A DNA stretch of 64,000 bases from the human T2T-CHM13v2.0 reference genome, Homo sapiens (GCF_009914755.1 NC_060941.1), one strand, 5' to 3'. Numbered from the stretch's first letter, positions 1 through 14,025 are shown. Translations and numbers: made by a program. The notes: a model not told the origin generated them from the letters alone.

Positions 1-1380
1 TTATTTTATCCTTTTGCTTGCAATTGTGTTTTGGTATGTTTTTATGTACTTCAATGGTTCTCAATATTTAGCACGCATTAACAATAATACGAAGAGCTTG
101 TTAAAATTACTGAACCTCTGGCCACTTTTTCTTGAAGATTCAGGAGTTCCAAGGTGCGCAAGAGCATAGAAAGTCATACAAGGTGATCTGCAAACACACT
201 TTGGGAATTACTGCAGTGCACCATATTGGAATCACCATTGGCCAGAAGACCAGAGGACTGCCCTTCATTGAATTATTGTCTTTTTAAAAAAAAATCATTA
301 TTTTGGGCTTCCTTGTCTGAACAAGCTACGAATATGGGAAAATGCTTAGAGACAAATGTACAGATTAACTTTGAGGGAATGTTGTTTATTTTTCAGTCCT
401 TCCAAGTGTTCCTGAAACAAGGAGATATTTGAAGTCTCTCCAGCCTGATATCCCCAGTGGAAATAAGTCAATGTTGGAACAAGAAGTATGAGCAACCAGA
501 ATTTAAAAAAATCTTGCTAAGGTATATTTTCATTATTTTATTCATGTCTTTTGGTGAGTTTTTTTAAAAAAAAAATTCCTTCAAACAGCTATTGCGCAAT
601 GAAAAGTTAAGTAGAGCGTGGAGTATTTAGGACACAGGCTTTTAATAAAAACAATGTAAGGAATTAAAAAAAAAAGTCAAAGAACATTATAAAAACCTGG
701 AGCATCAGGAAAAATAGTTTTCCTAACTTTAAGGAATTTAAGAGAGATCGGACATAGGCATTTTCCTTGTTCTCAGCCAGATTTATTTCTCATTTGTATT
801 TATGTGCAATATCAAATGTTTTAATGTTGTGGATTTGTCCTGAATGCCATTAATAAAGTGGCTTCCTGTCTTAGCTAAGGTAAGCTATTCACCCAATTTA
901 GGAAATAACTGATCCATGTTTTGAGACAAAGCTCTTTTGTTTAAAGAACCTTAGGATTAGAATGACAACCAAGGGACATTTGACCCAAATCCCAGAAAGT
1001 CCTGAGAATGGATTTTCTCTGTTTAGCGCATTGCTGCAGTTGAAAACACTAAAACAGAAGAGAAATGTTCAGGAGAAAAACTCCCATTTACCCAACAGAA
1101 GTAACGGAACTGATATATTCTTTCCACAAAGGCTTTGTTTATACCCCTCTGAGGAATAGATGGATTCTAGTTAGGTGTTTTGGTCAGTTTATTAAGAAGT
1201 TGACTCAGGTCGCAAATCTTTAGGAAGTGTTGAAAGGTGAGTCATTTCAGACATGTCAATCCTGTTGCAACAAACAGCACACATTTGCTTACTTTGAACA
1301 GTTATAGAAAGAAAGACATTAGATGTAAAAAAATTAGATGTGAATTGATTATGAAAATGAAGGTAGAATGAAATGGATGA

Positions 1381-1748
<368 letters not shown>

Positions 1749-2329
1749 TCATCCCATGCTATCTTACACATTCCTACTCTTCCCCTTCCCCTCACACTTC
1801 TATCCATTAGAAGGAATCAATGGGGAGCTTTAGGATTCCACATGAACTCATCGAGTAAATCATACAATTTGCTTGTTGGAGAAAGTGTACCTTAAACTCT
1901 AAAATGAATGTGACCTTTATACTGAGAATGGTAAAAATATTCTAAAAATGAACAACGTTTAAAGCTACATTATCTATTTTTGCTGTACTCCAAGTTGATA
2001 TTGAAGATGCTGAATAGATAGGTTTTGCAATGTCAATGTGATTTTGGTAAGTAAATGAAAGAAGGATTCCAAGTGAACAATTCCATCATACTTTCATCAT
2101 AGACTTTTGAAGGCCTCAAATATACATGCATAGTTTTTCAAGAGCCTTTATAAAACATTTAATTTCTGCTTAACAACTCATTGGCGGACAGAAAATTTTT
2201 CAGTGATCTATTTTTCAATGAACACAGAGAGCCAGAATGTCAAACAAAGACTAAAATTTAGGGGATCTGACTTCAGTCTGGCCAGTTTAGCCCATAACAC
2301 TGTGAATGGCCACATGCCTCACCTTGCTC

Positions 2330-3340
2330 CTGGACTTTGACAGTAAATATTTGAATGGTAGAACCGGTGAGGACCTGAATAGTAAATATTTTATGAGAGG
2401 AAATAGGAACTCCCCTTTTCTCTGTCCTTCCCTTACATTAAACATATTAATTTATATTAACTGGAAACATATAATTCTCTATTTACCCCTGTCAATAATT
2501 AGTCATCATTTGAATCCTGAATCCTGCTTCTATCACAAATAAGATTTCTTTTTGGCAGACTGTGATAGATCTGAAAATCAGCTAACAAGGCATGCAACAC
2601 TTGACTGAGAAAAATCAGAAGACTTAAATAATATACAGTGCACATGGATAATTTATTCTCTGATGACAAGGGTATCAATATACTCATTCTTTTCTCTCTT
2701 CCATCTCATCAAATTCCATCTTTCTTTAAGTGACTAAATAAGTGACATCCTAGGCTGTGGACTCTCTGCCTACTCTGCTTTTAGAATATTTGACCGAGCC
2801 TTTCCTCTTTTTCTCCGAGGGACAACAGCTGGTTTTCATTATGCATCAGATTATGATACACAACAAAAAGAAAATGGTCAAAATGAATACAAAGGGAGTT
2901 CTGCTAATACTCTAGTTTGTTCTTGGGGGTGTCAAGGTGAAGAATCCATACTGTTCTGTAGACCACTGTAAACTTAATCCATTTCATCATATACAGGAGT
3001 AAAATTCAGCAGTATTTTGTTAATCTTTGCTGCCCTTATTTACTGTGGGAGAGGCGCTTTGGTTTTTCCTCTTCTTCCTTTGGTATAGCACTAATGTATT
3101 TTATATGTCTTTAATCTCAGTTCCAGTTCTGTCAATATTTGAGCTTATCTTAAACCGAAGAACTCCAAAGGAGAGTCAAAGAAAGTAAATTCTCACCCCG
3201 GAAGGCAAATAACAATTATTTCATTAAACATTCAAATCACAAAGAACACCTTGGACCAGTTCTTGATATAAATAAGAGGCTGCAGACTTTTCCAAATCCC
3301 TGCCCGTGTGATGAACACTTTAAAGGTCCCAAGATTTCTA
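2330..3340. promoter_or_regulatory. Candidate prostate (AR/FOXA1) enhancer at 17q24.3 risk locus
   Basis: AGTAAATATTT twice (2342, 2381), GATA CTTATCT ~3144, ETS CCGGAAG 3198, FOX GCAAATA 3205, ARE-like AGAACAcctTGGACC 3243; recalled SNP flank at 3309. Confidence 0.65.
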
Positions 3341-4459
3341 ATAATGGGGCTAAATTTCCCAAAATGTGTTTTTCTGCTAAAAAATCCAGTAACAAGGAAC
3401 TGTACAAATTCTAATCTCTGTATGAGTCTTCATCTTTGGAATGCCTATTCCTGAAGATGAGAGATGGATAGTAGGAACCTATGTATCGATCTGGGTTAGC
3501 CCACTGGGCTCATTAATGAAATATCACTGGGAGGAGCAGCCCAGCATCCTATACGTGAGCCAAGCATTTAGAATTGCCTTTAGGATTCTTCACACTGTTA
3601 GCAGCCAAGAACACAGAATCAAGTTCGGATCACAATTATGGATGCTACCAGGGGTATCATAGTTGCTCAGCCTGTTCAAACAAGTATTGGTTTTTTTCAT
3701 AAGCTTCACTTTCATAAACTCTGGAGGTTGTGTTTCCATAATAAAAGTGAGCTCAACCTTAACAAAAACATTGCATAAAGCCACACTTTTTGTTTTCTAA
3801 ACCGTAACTAATTAAGCACTAGGTGGGTGACCAGGTCTAGCTGATGAGTATTTGCTGTTAATCTGGGCTTTCCCATTCCCTATAGGGCAGGAAAACACAC
3901 GTGTGCATGCACACACACACAAACACACACACACAAAGACAACCATATACACAAGCATATAATATTAAAGATTGAGGTAGCTGGATGTTTTTCACATCTT
4001 CCCTTCCTTCTGGATCCTAGCAGGGATAGTAAAGAGATACAAACATTCTCTGAGCATAATAACTTAAGGTGATTGTTCATATGGACAGTGTGAACATTCA
4101 GTTGGTTTGCAGATTCCACACTCTGAGGGCAGATTCCACACATTGTCTTGACTCTTTTTCCTTCTCATTCTTTTTGCTTTTACACCACTGATGACCCTGT
4201 CTCCATCCTGCTGGGAAGTAATTAGTGCTGAAGGAATGACAACTCTAGCACATAAGTGGCAGGGCCATGAGGATGAGAAGCAAAAAAAGAAAAAACGGAA
4301 GGGGCCATGGGGGAACTAAATCAAGGCAACTGGAGGCAGGGGCACCTTCCTCTGGATGCTGCGAATGGAATAGCCATCCGGGTGCCCCGAAGGTCAAGTA
4401 CTGAGATCCTGAATTTACATAGAAACCAAAAGAGTCAAATCTAGTGACAGAGGAGAAAG

Positions 4460-4677
4460 CCGTGCTGTCCAGTGGAATGTTCTTTAATGAGGCAACATCC
4501 TATAATCTGCATTGTGCAAAGTGGCGTCCACTCATCACAGATGGCTAGTGAGCACATTAAATGTGGTTAGTGAAACTGAGGAGCTGAAATTTTGGAGCAA
4601 AACTGAGTTTTTAAAAATAATTTCGATTAATTTGAATAGCCACATACAGCCAAGGGCCATCATTCTGGACAGTGCAG
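4460..4677. mobile_element. MER3-like hAT-Charlie DNA transposon
   Basis: Termini gtgctgtccag...ctggacagtg; internal ggctagtgagcac...aaatgtggttagtg. Confidence 0.75.
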
Positions 4678-4899
4678 GAACAGAGAAATCACTCACAATT
4701 TCTCATCTCTTTTTGTGAACACTTTAGCAGGCTGGTACAAATGACATGAACACCAGATAAAGGGTTGCTTATATATTATTACAGATACTTTGTATTTGGT
4801 GAACATAAAGAACACCTGGTACTTAGATTTCCCTTCAAGTCTGCAGTAGGCCTGAAAATATTAATAAATGCATGTATCCAAACAAAATAGTAGCAAAGC

Positions 4900-5090
4900 T
4901 ACCCATGTTAAGCAAAGGCTTTAGAATCAGATGGGATTGAGTTGACATCCTAGTCTCCAGACATTCTGGTTCTATGATCTTAGATGAGATATTGAAAGTA
5001 TCTCATCCTTTGTTGCCTCATCTGCCAAAATAGAATTAAAATGTCCCATTCATTGGAATGTGATAATAACTAAAGTAAGCAAGTTAATCA
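4900..5090 (+). mobile_element. MIR
   Basis: ggctttagaatcaga...cctcatctgccaaaatag core. Confidence 0.6.
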
Positions 5091-5337
5091 AATACTACAA
5101 TATAGGGTTTGAGTGTCCCTACCCTTGCAATGGCTACTTCCAATGTTTAATCATAGGCAATTTATCCCAGGAGTATTATGGGCTTAAAATAATAAGAAGA
5201 AGAATAATAATTATGAAACATAATAAACAATGAATTTAGCTAGCCCTTCATTTTAATGTATCCTGTATGCATTGGTTAATTAGCTTTGCTATAACAAAAA
5301 AAAATCAATATACAGTGACTTAAAGAAGGGAGATATT

Positions 5338-5631
<294 letters not shown>

Positions 5632-5764
5632 GAGAGATATTTATTTCTCCTCCATATCACTTCTCTGAGTTGAGCAGTTCAGGTTGATGTGATGGCTTGG
5701 CTGTATGAGGTTTGTCCCGCGCTCCACTTTTTTCTGTCTTTTATTCACCCACTATCCCCTTGAG

Positions 5765-5970
5765 CAGGTGTCGGCACTGCAACCAAAGCTCAAATTCAGC
5801 CTGCTGTTTTTGTTTATAAAGTTTTATTGGAACACTGCCTCACCTAGTTGTTCTTGTATTGTCTGTGACTCCTTTGATGCTACAACAGCAGAGTTGAGTA
5901 CCTCAGTGACCTTATGGTCTCTAAAATATTCACTATTTGACCTTTTACAGAAAAAGTTTGCAAATCTCTG
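5765..5970. mobile_element. MER58A-like hAT element
   Basis: caggtgtcggca...aaagttttattggaacac...tttacagaaaaagtttgc. Confidence 0.75.
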
Positions 5971-7604
5971 CCCTGTGATCATCTGCATGTTCAAAGCTGG
6001 ATCAAAGTCTCAACAAGACAGCCTCGAGAGGCAGAAGTTACACACTTCACTTTTTTTCCATTCTACTTGTTTCTGTATTCATTCAATCAATATTTGAACA
6101 CCAATTTGTGCTGACCACAGCTCTAGTTACTTGGAACACATTCCATTAGTAAAAATTTAGTCACATGGCAACCTGCAGCCACCGGAGGGTTTAGAATAAA
6201 ATGAAGCCTCCAAGGAAGGCTATGTGGCCAGCTTAAGCTCATTATAATTAGCTTTCCACTTTGCAACTGTAAATTGTTACCTGGCAATAGGATTATGTGA
6301 TTAAGAAAAAAGTAGGGAACAGATAGCCCTGGAAGAGAACCAGGATGAAAAGCAAGACATCGAAAGATTTTCATATGATTAAGATTTCGTAATTGAAGAC
6401 TGGATTTCTCAACTAACAGATGTTTATCGAGCTTCTTCCATAAGCCAGACTTAGAGAATACAGTGTTGAAAAAACCATGTGATCTCCATGAATTTACTAC
6501 TTCATAATCTAAGAAATTAGTGTGCAACATCCGTGTCCTTTCTAAGACGCTTACTTCATACAGGGAGGAACACTCTATTTCTCAATGCAGCAATCATTCT
6601 TCTATTGAATAGAAATTTTGTAAAAAACAAACCTATATTAGCTTTCATCAGCTTTATTTCTCCAAAGTCTTGTCTGCACATTTATTCTTTCAGAGGCAAC
6701 AAACAAAATTCCATACTCAGGTATTGGTTCCCTTTTGATGCTCCGAGAAGCACTAATTAATGTTTTAGAAAAGGTATAAAGGATACACTACATCAGGGAG
6801 TTCTGGAATGAAAGAGAACCATTCCACTGAATTTATAATCTTGCAGGTACGTGGTAGCTATTGTTGTAGTTACAATACTTACAAAATACCTAAAAAACAG
6901 CCTAATTGACAAGCATCCTGACTGTTTGCATTTACAAGTCAATTTCATTAAAGAATTACCTCATTTGATCGTCACAGAAACCACAGGATATAGATATGAC
7001 TGAAGAGATTAAGGAGCTAGGAAATAAATCTGGGACTCTGAAAACAGGTCTAATTCTGATCCTGAGAAGCATCCAGGTTGTTTGAGAAATGAAGACCAAT
7101 AAGAATGAAAGCCAAAGAGGAAAATGTGGGTGTAAACTGACTATAATAGAATGCTACTGTTTGCATAGAAGTTTATAAGAACAAAATAAGACAGAAGAGA
7201 ATGAGAAGATCCAGGACTATGAGTTCAGTATTGTGCTTGTTTAATATCGAGATTTCAGTCCTACTGAATCATAATATCTGGAAATGGGGCCTCGGAAACT
7301 GAGTATTTAACGAGCTGCCTATGTGATTTTGATGAATAGTCAAAGTAGAGGGCTACAGTATAAAGAATGTTCCTGTATCCTGGGATGAAGCAAAAAGAAT
7401 CAGGACACAGAAGCTGGCAGCGGCAATAGAAAACAGAAAGCTTAGAGGACATGTGTCCACTTATTTATCTACGAATATTTATTAACCATGTATAATATTC
7501 CAAGCTCTGTGCTGGGTGCTAGGAGACAATGGTGAGTAAAAGAGGGAAGGCTTTTCTACTCATGAAGTTTACACTCAAGATAAAACCTCCTAAAGAAGTA
7601 AAGA

Positions 7605-7843
7605 GACCTACTATTTGATAGCACAACACGGTGACTATAGTCAAGAATAACTTAATTCTACGTTAAAAAAAAACTTGAGTGTAACTGGATTGTTTACAAC
7701 TCAAAGGATAAATGCTTAAAAGGATGGATACCCTATTCTCCATGATGTGCTTATTTCACTTTTTATGCCTGTATCAAAACATCTCATGTACCCCGTAAAT
7801 AGATATACCTACTATGCAACCACAAAATTTAAAAATAAAAAAA
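7605..7843 (+). mobile_element. L1MA 3' end
   Basis: L1MA 3'UTR (atcaaaacatctcatgtacccc) plus A-tail; TSD agtaaagaga/agcaaagaga. Confidence 0.85.
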
Positions 7844-8945
7844 GCAAAGAGAACCCATGATGCCAGACTGAAATAAAAACAGTAAAGCAGAGGATATTTT
7901 TAAATTGCTCTAAGATTTCTAACATAAAATAGTAGGAAAAGCGTGGCTTCATTTAAATGAAGGAATTGGGAAATAATAATATTATGATAAGAAATACATT
8001 CCCCCCAGTTTGGGTAAGACGGGGTTTCAGCTGATGTGAGGGCATGTTGAATTTGGGGTACCTCTGAAAAAAAATAGGAATGGGAGAAAAGTTAGTCCAG
8101 GGACAGGCCTAGGAAAGCAGGTATTTGTCTTATCTGATGTTTATTGGAAGCCATGAGAATCAATGAATGTATCCAGAAAGTGAGACTATGAACAAGACAA
8201 ATCTGATGGTAACATTTTTAGCTTTAAGACTCACAGATAAAAAGCCAGGCAAAGAGAGAAAGTGATCATATTCAATGAATACAGGAGGAAAGATGAGAGC
8301 AGAAAGAATCCAACTAGGAAACCACACAGTTGGAAACCAACGAAGAATTTTGAGGATGACGTTGAGGTCATGAAGAGGTCAATGAGCATAAGGATTGAAG
8401 ACACCCACGTGAGTAAATCAAATTTAACACTTTGGAGAGCAGATTTAGGAAGACAATGAGAAATAAAGGAGAGATTTTAGAGTGCCTGACAGCAAGTAGG
8501 CAGATACAACTTAGGGACAGCGGATATAGGTCACTAATGAAGAATAAAAGTTTAAAAAGTAGCTCGAAGACAACCTGAGCATTACTGAGAATAGGAACAA
8601 CAACAACAAAACCATGTAAAGGAAGTAATTGAAAAGTACAGAAAAAGAGTGGAAAATTCTATAAATGAGGAAGAAATGGCTCCAGGGGAGTTTTAATAAC
8701 TAGAAATAACATACAACCTTTCAAGTCATTTTATTCCAGAAAAAGATTACCTGTATCCATTTAAACGCAATTGTTAACTGTGTTTTCTTTCATTTAATTG
8801 TTTTAGGTTCTGAACATAGAAGAGGTCTGTTTTCCTATCATTCGACACTGAAATGACGTTTCCAGGATAAAATTCTCCAATTCATGTCGAGTGTGCTTAT
8901 CCATGTTTTCCCCAGGTGACCATCTAACCCCCTCAATATTTTTTT

Positions 8946-8958
8946 CCACCAGGTGGCA
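8946..8958 (+). promoter_or_regulatory. CTCF core motif, forward orientation
   Basis: CCACCAGGTGGCA matches CCASYAGRKGGCR; lies in unique sequence. Confidence 0.55.
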
Positions 8959-9547
8959 ATGCCCTCTTACTATTGAAGAGCTGAAAGCTCAACATGACAA
9001 AAACAGTGAATAACCTGGGTTTCTGAAAGAACATTCTGACAACTGTCTTTGTTTAGAAAGTTGACATTTTCATCAGAGTTGCCTCCTGGAAAATCCATTA
9101 CAGATTCCCAAACTGCTGATTATACACAACCTGAGAAGAAATCTAAGGGAAGGTGACTGGCTGCTTTATATCAAAAGAAGGTCACCTAATGTCTTAAACT
9201 CAAAGTGTGTTTTTTTTTTTTAGAAAGAAGGAGAAAAGGTTTTTGATAATCTGAAATTTTGGCAGCATAGGGCAGATAACAGAAAGTCTGATCTACTCTC
9301 AAGAAAGAAAGGATGGATAAAACAATTGATTAAGAAAAAAAACACAAAATGAGAGAGTGAGGGAAAATTTTAGGGATTGATTTATATATATTTTAAATTA
9401 GTAATCAATAAATATTTGATGAATGAATGAAAGGACAGAAAAGAGAGTATCTGATGAAATGCAATATTCTATGATCTAGTACTCCAGAAATTGTTGAAAG
9501 AAAAGGAAACATTTTGAGAAACATCAAGTTTAGAATATAGACTGGAA

Positions 9548-9769
9548 CAGGGGTCAGCAAACTGTGATCCATGAGACCATTCTGGCTTAACACCTGTTCT
9601 TGCAAATAAAGTTTTATTGGAACAACCACATTCATTTATTCACAAATCAACTATGGCTGCTGCCATGTGCTGTAACTGCAGAACTATGTGTTTTCCACAG
9701 AACACCAGGCCCACAAATCCTAAAAGACTTACTAACTGGCCCTTACCATGAAAAGTGTGATGATTTCTG
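9548..9769. mobile_element. MER58A-like hAT element
   Basis: caggggtcagcaaact...aataaagttttattggaaca. Confidence 0.75.
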
Positions 9770-10290
9770 GAGTAGCATTTAAGGACATGGGTTTTAGAAC
9801 CAGATAAATATAAACTTCAGTCTCAGTTCTAACACTTAATAGCTGTTTGACCTTAACTAAATTGTAAGGGTTAATGTAGGCCTTGCTTTTAAAACACTTA
9901 GCACCCTGCTGGTACACAGAAATCATATTACTCATTACTATCTCTCTTGTGTAAACTCAATGAGAAACTGAGATAATTTCCTCAACTCTCATTAATCCTC
10001 AAAAACGAAAATATTTTGTAATTATAGACAAACGGTGGAGAATAAATGTACCTCCTTTTAATTCTGGCAAACCTGCTTTCTCCAAATAACTCCTCTCTGT
10101 TTCCTTCTCTTTCAGTAGAGTCAAACTCTTGATGACGGTATTTAGCAGTTGGTAAATGCCTAGTGTGCTGAGTCTGTGCAGATCTGATACTCTTCACAGT
10201 CCCTGACCAAAGCCCCGGATCCTGAATCTTACAAAATGCAATGGAATCTTGAAAAATAGAAAAGACATGGGGCAAGTATTCAAAACTTAC

Positions 10291-10426
10291 CCTAAGTGCT
10301 TCTGACCCTGAATAGCTAAGGCTCAAAATTGGCTTACAGAACATGCAATGATGATTTTGATGGTTTTTCGTTCTAGTTTCTAACTAATTCAGTGTTTGGC
10401 TGCCAGTAAGGGCCTTTGGCAAACAC
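10291..10426 (-). other. Candidate 136-nt minus-strand exon (possible CASC17 exon)
   Basis: Acceptor cacttctcctatag|G and donor AGG|GTAAGT on minus strand. Confidence 0.3.
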
Positions 10427-12129
10427 CTATAGGAGAAGTGTCTAAAATGTAAAGTGAATCACTGGAAATGGGAACTCTGTCAAAATAAGGGAATTAAGTT
10501 CATTAAAGGTGTGGTAGCTTAATTTACTGTGCCAGTTCATACTGATCAGGGTTGGCACTGAACACTCAGCTAGTGCAAACCCACCCAAACTTGGCAGAAT
10601 AAATGACCCCAACCAATCCAGCCTCTTGGCTTTCTCTCCAGGTTAAATGTGCTTAAATTAGTAAAAATTGGGTTTGGACTATGGGCCTTTCTTGTCTTCT
10701 AGATTGGGGCTGTGTTGTATCAACTCCATGAGACAAACAGCAAAGACAACTTTGCTCATGGGGTAGAATGGTTGACATCTCCAAGTGAGAAAAATGGCCT
10801 CAAAAGTCCCAGAGTCTTTGGGAACTGCATCAAACAACCAAGGAATTTATGTCCAAACTCTGTAAACACACATTTCCAAGATGGCATTTAGGTAGATGGC
10901 CTCTTGGTAGAAAACTAAGTAGGTCCCTGGAGAGCAAGACGTGAGAGCCAGGTGAGGCTGCTCCTGGGATCACTATAACCACATTGGACATGATACAAAG
11001 TCAGGAGGTAGTGTGTGGGATGTGATAGGGGTCCACTTGCTGACACACAAACCTTAAAACCTAGATGAGGTTCACGTGGGCATGGGGTACCATGTCAAAA
11101 CACAGTGTGCCAACTACTTCTATGAGGAGCACGGATTTGCCTCACCATAGAAGAGGAGAGCTGTAGGTGTTTCAACTGACACTTTCACAGATCACTTCAA
11201 TATATGGAAATCCTATTTTGCATGTGATTTACACAGTTGAATTTATTCAAAAGAGATTTATGTTGTAATTTGCTAAGTACTCTGAATAGAAAATTAAAGT
11301 GACTGTCCCTGCCCTCATAGAGCTGATGTTCTGGTAGAGGAGACAGGCTTTTACATGAATAGCTATAATGGTATTTGAATAATAGCAAACAACAGGCAAG
11401 GGCAGGGTGCTAAACAAAGAAAGGAATTAAAGAAATTAAGTAATGCTTTGTCAAATGGTGATGTTGGACCTGCACCATGAGGGATATGGAGATAGTGTCA
11501 TTCCCTGGCCCTCTGCCCTTCATTATGTTTTCTAAAAAGGGACCAGAAGATTTACTTAAAAAGCAGCCATAACTATAAATGCATATTCTTCTCTCCTTTT
11601 CCTCAGCTCCACATTTTACTAGCACTGTTGGATTTCCCTAGGACCCTAGTGAAACAACCAGAAATTTGGATAAGAACATTTAAGAAAAATAACGTATCTC
11701 TGTTTCATTACACGTGGATTATTTTTTTGATGTTTCTTTCTGTCAGTCAGAAATGGACAGGTGAAAACGTTATGTAAACCCTCAATATCAGTCATCTTTA
11801 TAGTTACACTAGTATTCCAGCCATTCTTTTCATTAAAACAAATAAAAAAAAAACTTGGGAAGAGACTACCACGTTTAGTTAGAAAACAGTACAGTCAGCT
11901 TCTTTTTTTCTTTTTTAATGTGTTTTTATGGTTTGCTTGTGTGCTTTTCATCAAAAAATTCTTACTGTCAAATTAATTGAGAAACTTACAGTAATTGATG
12001 GCCATTCTGGGATGTCTCAACAATACTGCTGCCCTAAATAATATTTCCTAATGATTATTAAGCCTGAATAAATGAGTTTTTAAAGGTTATTTGTCAGTAT
12101 AGCCTATTTCATAAATATTTATTGAGCAC

Positions 12130-12536
12130 TGTATTAGCCTGTTTTGCAGATAAGGGAATACTGGAGGCTGGGTAATTTATAAATTAAGAAAGGCTTATTT
12201 GGCTCACAGTTATGCAGGTTGTGCAAGAAGCATGGTGCTGGCATGTACTTGGCTTCTGGTGAGGCCTCAGGAAGTTTACAATCATGGTAGAAGGTGAAGG
12301 GGGAGCAGGCATGTCACATGGTGAGAGAGGGAGCAAGAGAGAGAAGGAGGTGCCAGGCTCCTTTAAACAACCAGCTCTCAAATGAACTACTAGAGCAAGA
12401 ACTCACTCGTTACCATGGGTATGGCACCAAGTCATTTATAAAACATCCATCGCCATGACTGAAACACCTCCCACCAGGCTCACCTCCAACATCGAAGGTT
12501 ACACTTCAACATGAGATTTGCATCCAAACTATATCA
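12130..12536 (-). mobile_element. MST (MaLR) solo LTR inserted in an L2
   Basis: tgtattag...ccaaactatatca; 5-bp TSD agcac/agcat. Confidence 0.85.
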
Positions 12537-13470
12537 AGCATCTATAATGTGCCATGTGCTAGGCAATGGGCATAGCAGAAACAATTATGAGCAAGACAGA
12601 CACAAACCCTTGCTCTCTTCATCTAATATAAGATACCAATATTATCACAGTGATGATTTTAAAAAAAGAATGCCCAAAAGATTTCCAACTAGGATGTTAA
12701 AGAGGAAGAAAAGGACAATTACATGGAAAGTAGGAATGTGGCTGAGAATAGAAACAGCATGGATACCTAATTTATAGAAAATTGACTTAAATTTTATTGG
12801 CAGGAAGAATCATTTATGACCTTTTACTATAGCCCTTAGGGTTTAGGTTGACCAACGGATTCACATGAATGTCGTGGCATTTTATAAGGAAAAAAATTGT
12901 AACAAAAAAGAGCAAATGTGAGACATGCCATGAGAAGGCTAAAAAAATCTTTATCATAAAAAATGAGCAAGAAAAAATGTAATGACTTTTTTAAAAAAAT
13001 ACTGAAACAGAAAAGTTCAAAAATCTCTTCTATAAGGGTTATCCTTGCTGCAGAGATTCTAACCTTGGCAAATGAGAATCTGCTTTTCTTAACCACTCTT
13101 CACTTTTCTATCACTTATTTCACTCCCAGTATTCTGCGTCGCACTCATTTGCTGCATACAGCAGAAAATGGTTACTATTTCTACTTTTTGCGGTGCTAAT
13201 GCATTTTCTCTGACAATATTCGTAGAGAAATTGTAAGAAGGAAAAAAAATCATCGCTCAAAATATGAAAGCAATTTCATAGTAGGTTTACTGGTACATAT
13301 TTGTGGTTATAGGGAAAAAAGTGTGCTCCTTTTCAATTTTTTATAGGGTAAGATACCAGGCATTGCAGATATGGGAATATAGTGAAAAAGTCTCACATAG
13401 GCTACAATCCTCAGGAAGGTGATAGGTTTGCTATAAAATAGCATTTAGAAAACATTTTTAATAAGTGTGC

Positions 13471-13532
13471 TATATTAATCAGAGTTCTTCAGAGAAACAG
13501 AACCAATGAGGGGAGGGGAGAGACAGAGAGAC

Positions 13533-13578
<46 letters not shown>

Positions 13579-14025
13579 AGATTGAGAGAGATTATTACAA
13601 AGAATTGGTTCCCATGATGATGGAGGCAGAGCAGTTCCATGATCTGCCATCTGCAAGCCAGAAACCTAGGAAAGCTGGTGGTGTAATTCAACTGAAGTCC
13701 AAAGGCAGGAGCTCATGGTCTGAATCCCAGTCTGTGGGCAGAAGAAGGTGAGATGAGATGTTCTAGCTCAAGCAGTAAGGCAGAAAAGAAACAAACAACA
13801 ACAACAAAAAAAGTGTCTTCCTCCTTCCTCTGCCTTTTGCTCTGTCCAGATCCCCAATGGATTGGATGAAGCCCACTTGCATTGAAGAAAGCAATCTTAT
13901 TTTACTGGGTCCACTGATTCAGAAGCTGATCTCATCTGAAAATATCCTCATAGACACACCTGCAGATGTTTAATCTGGGCACCTCTTGGCCCAAGTCATT
14001 TTGACACAAAAAGTTAGCCATGGCA
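13471..14025 (-). mobile_element. MLT2 (ERVL) solo LTR with internal (GA)n
   Basis: agagttcttcagagaaacagaaccaat start, ttgacacaaaaagttagccat end; TSD tgtgc/tgtac. Confidence 0.8.

Noticed and set aside
13506-13751. Arg/Glu-repeat ORF
   Set aside because: Translation of (GA)n inside an MLT2 LTR
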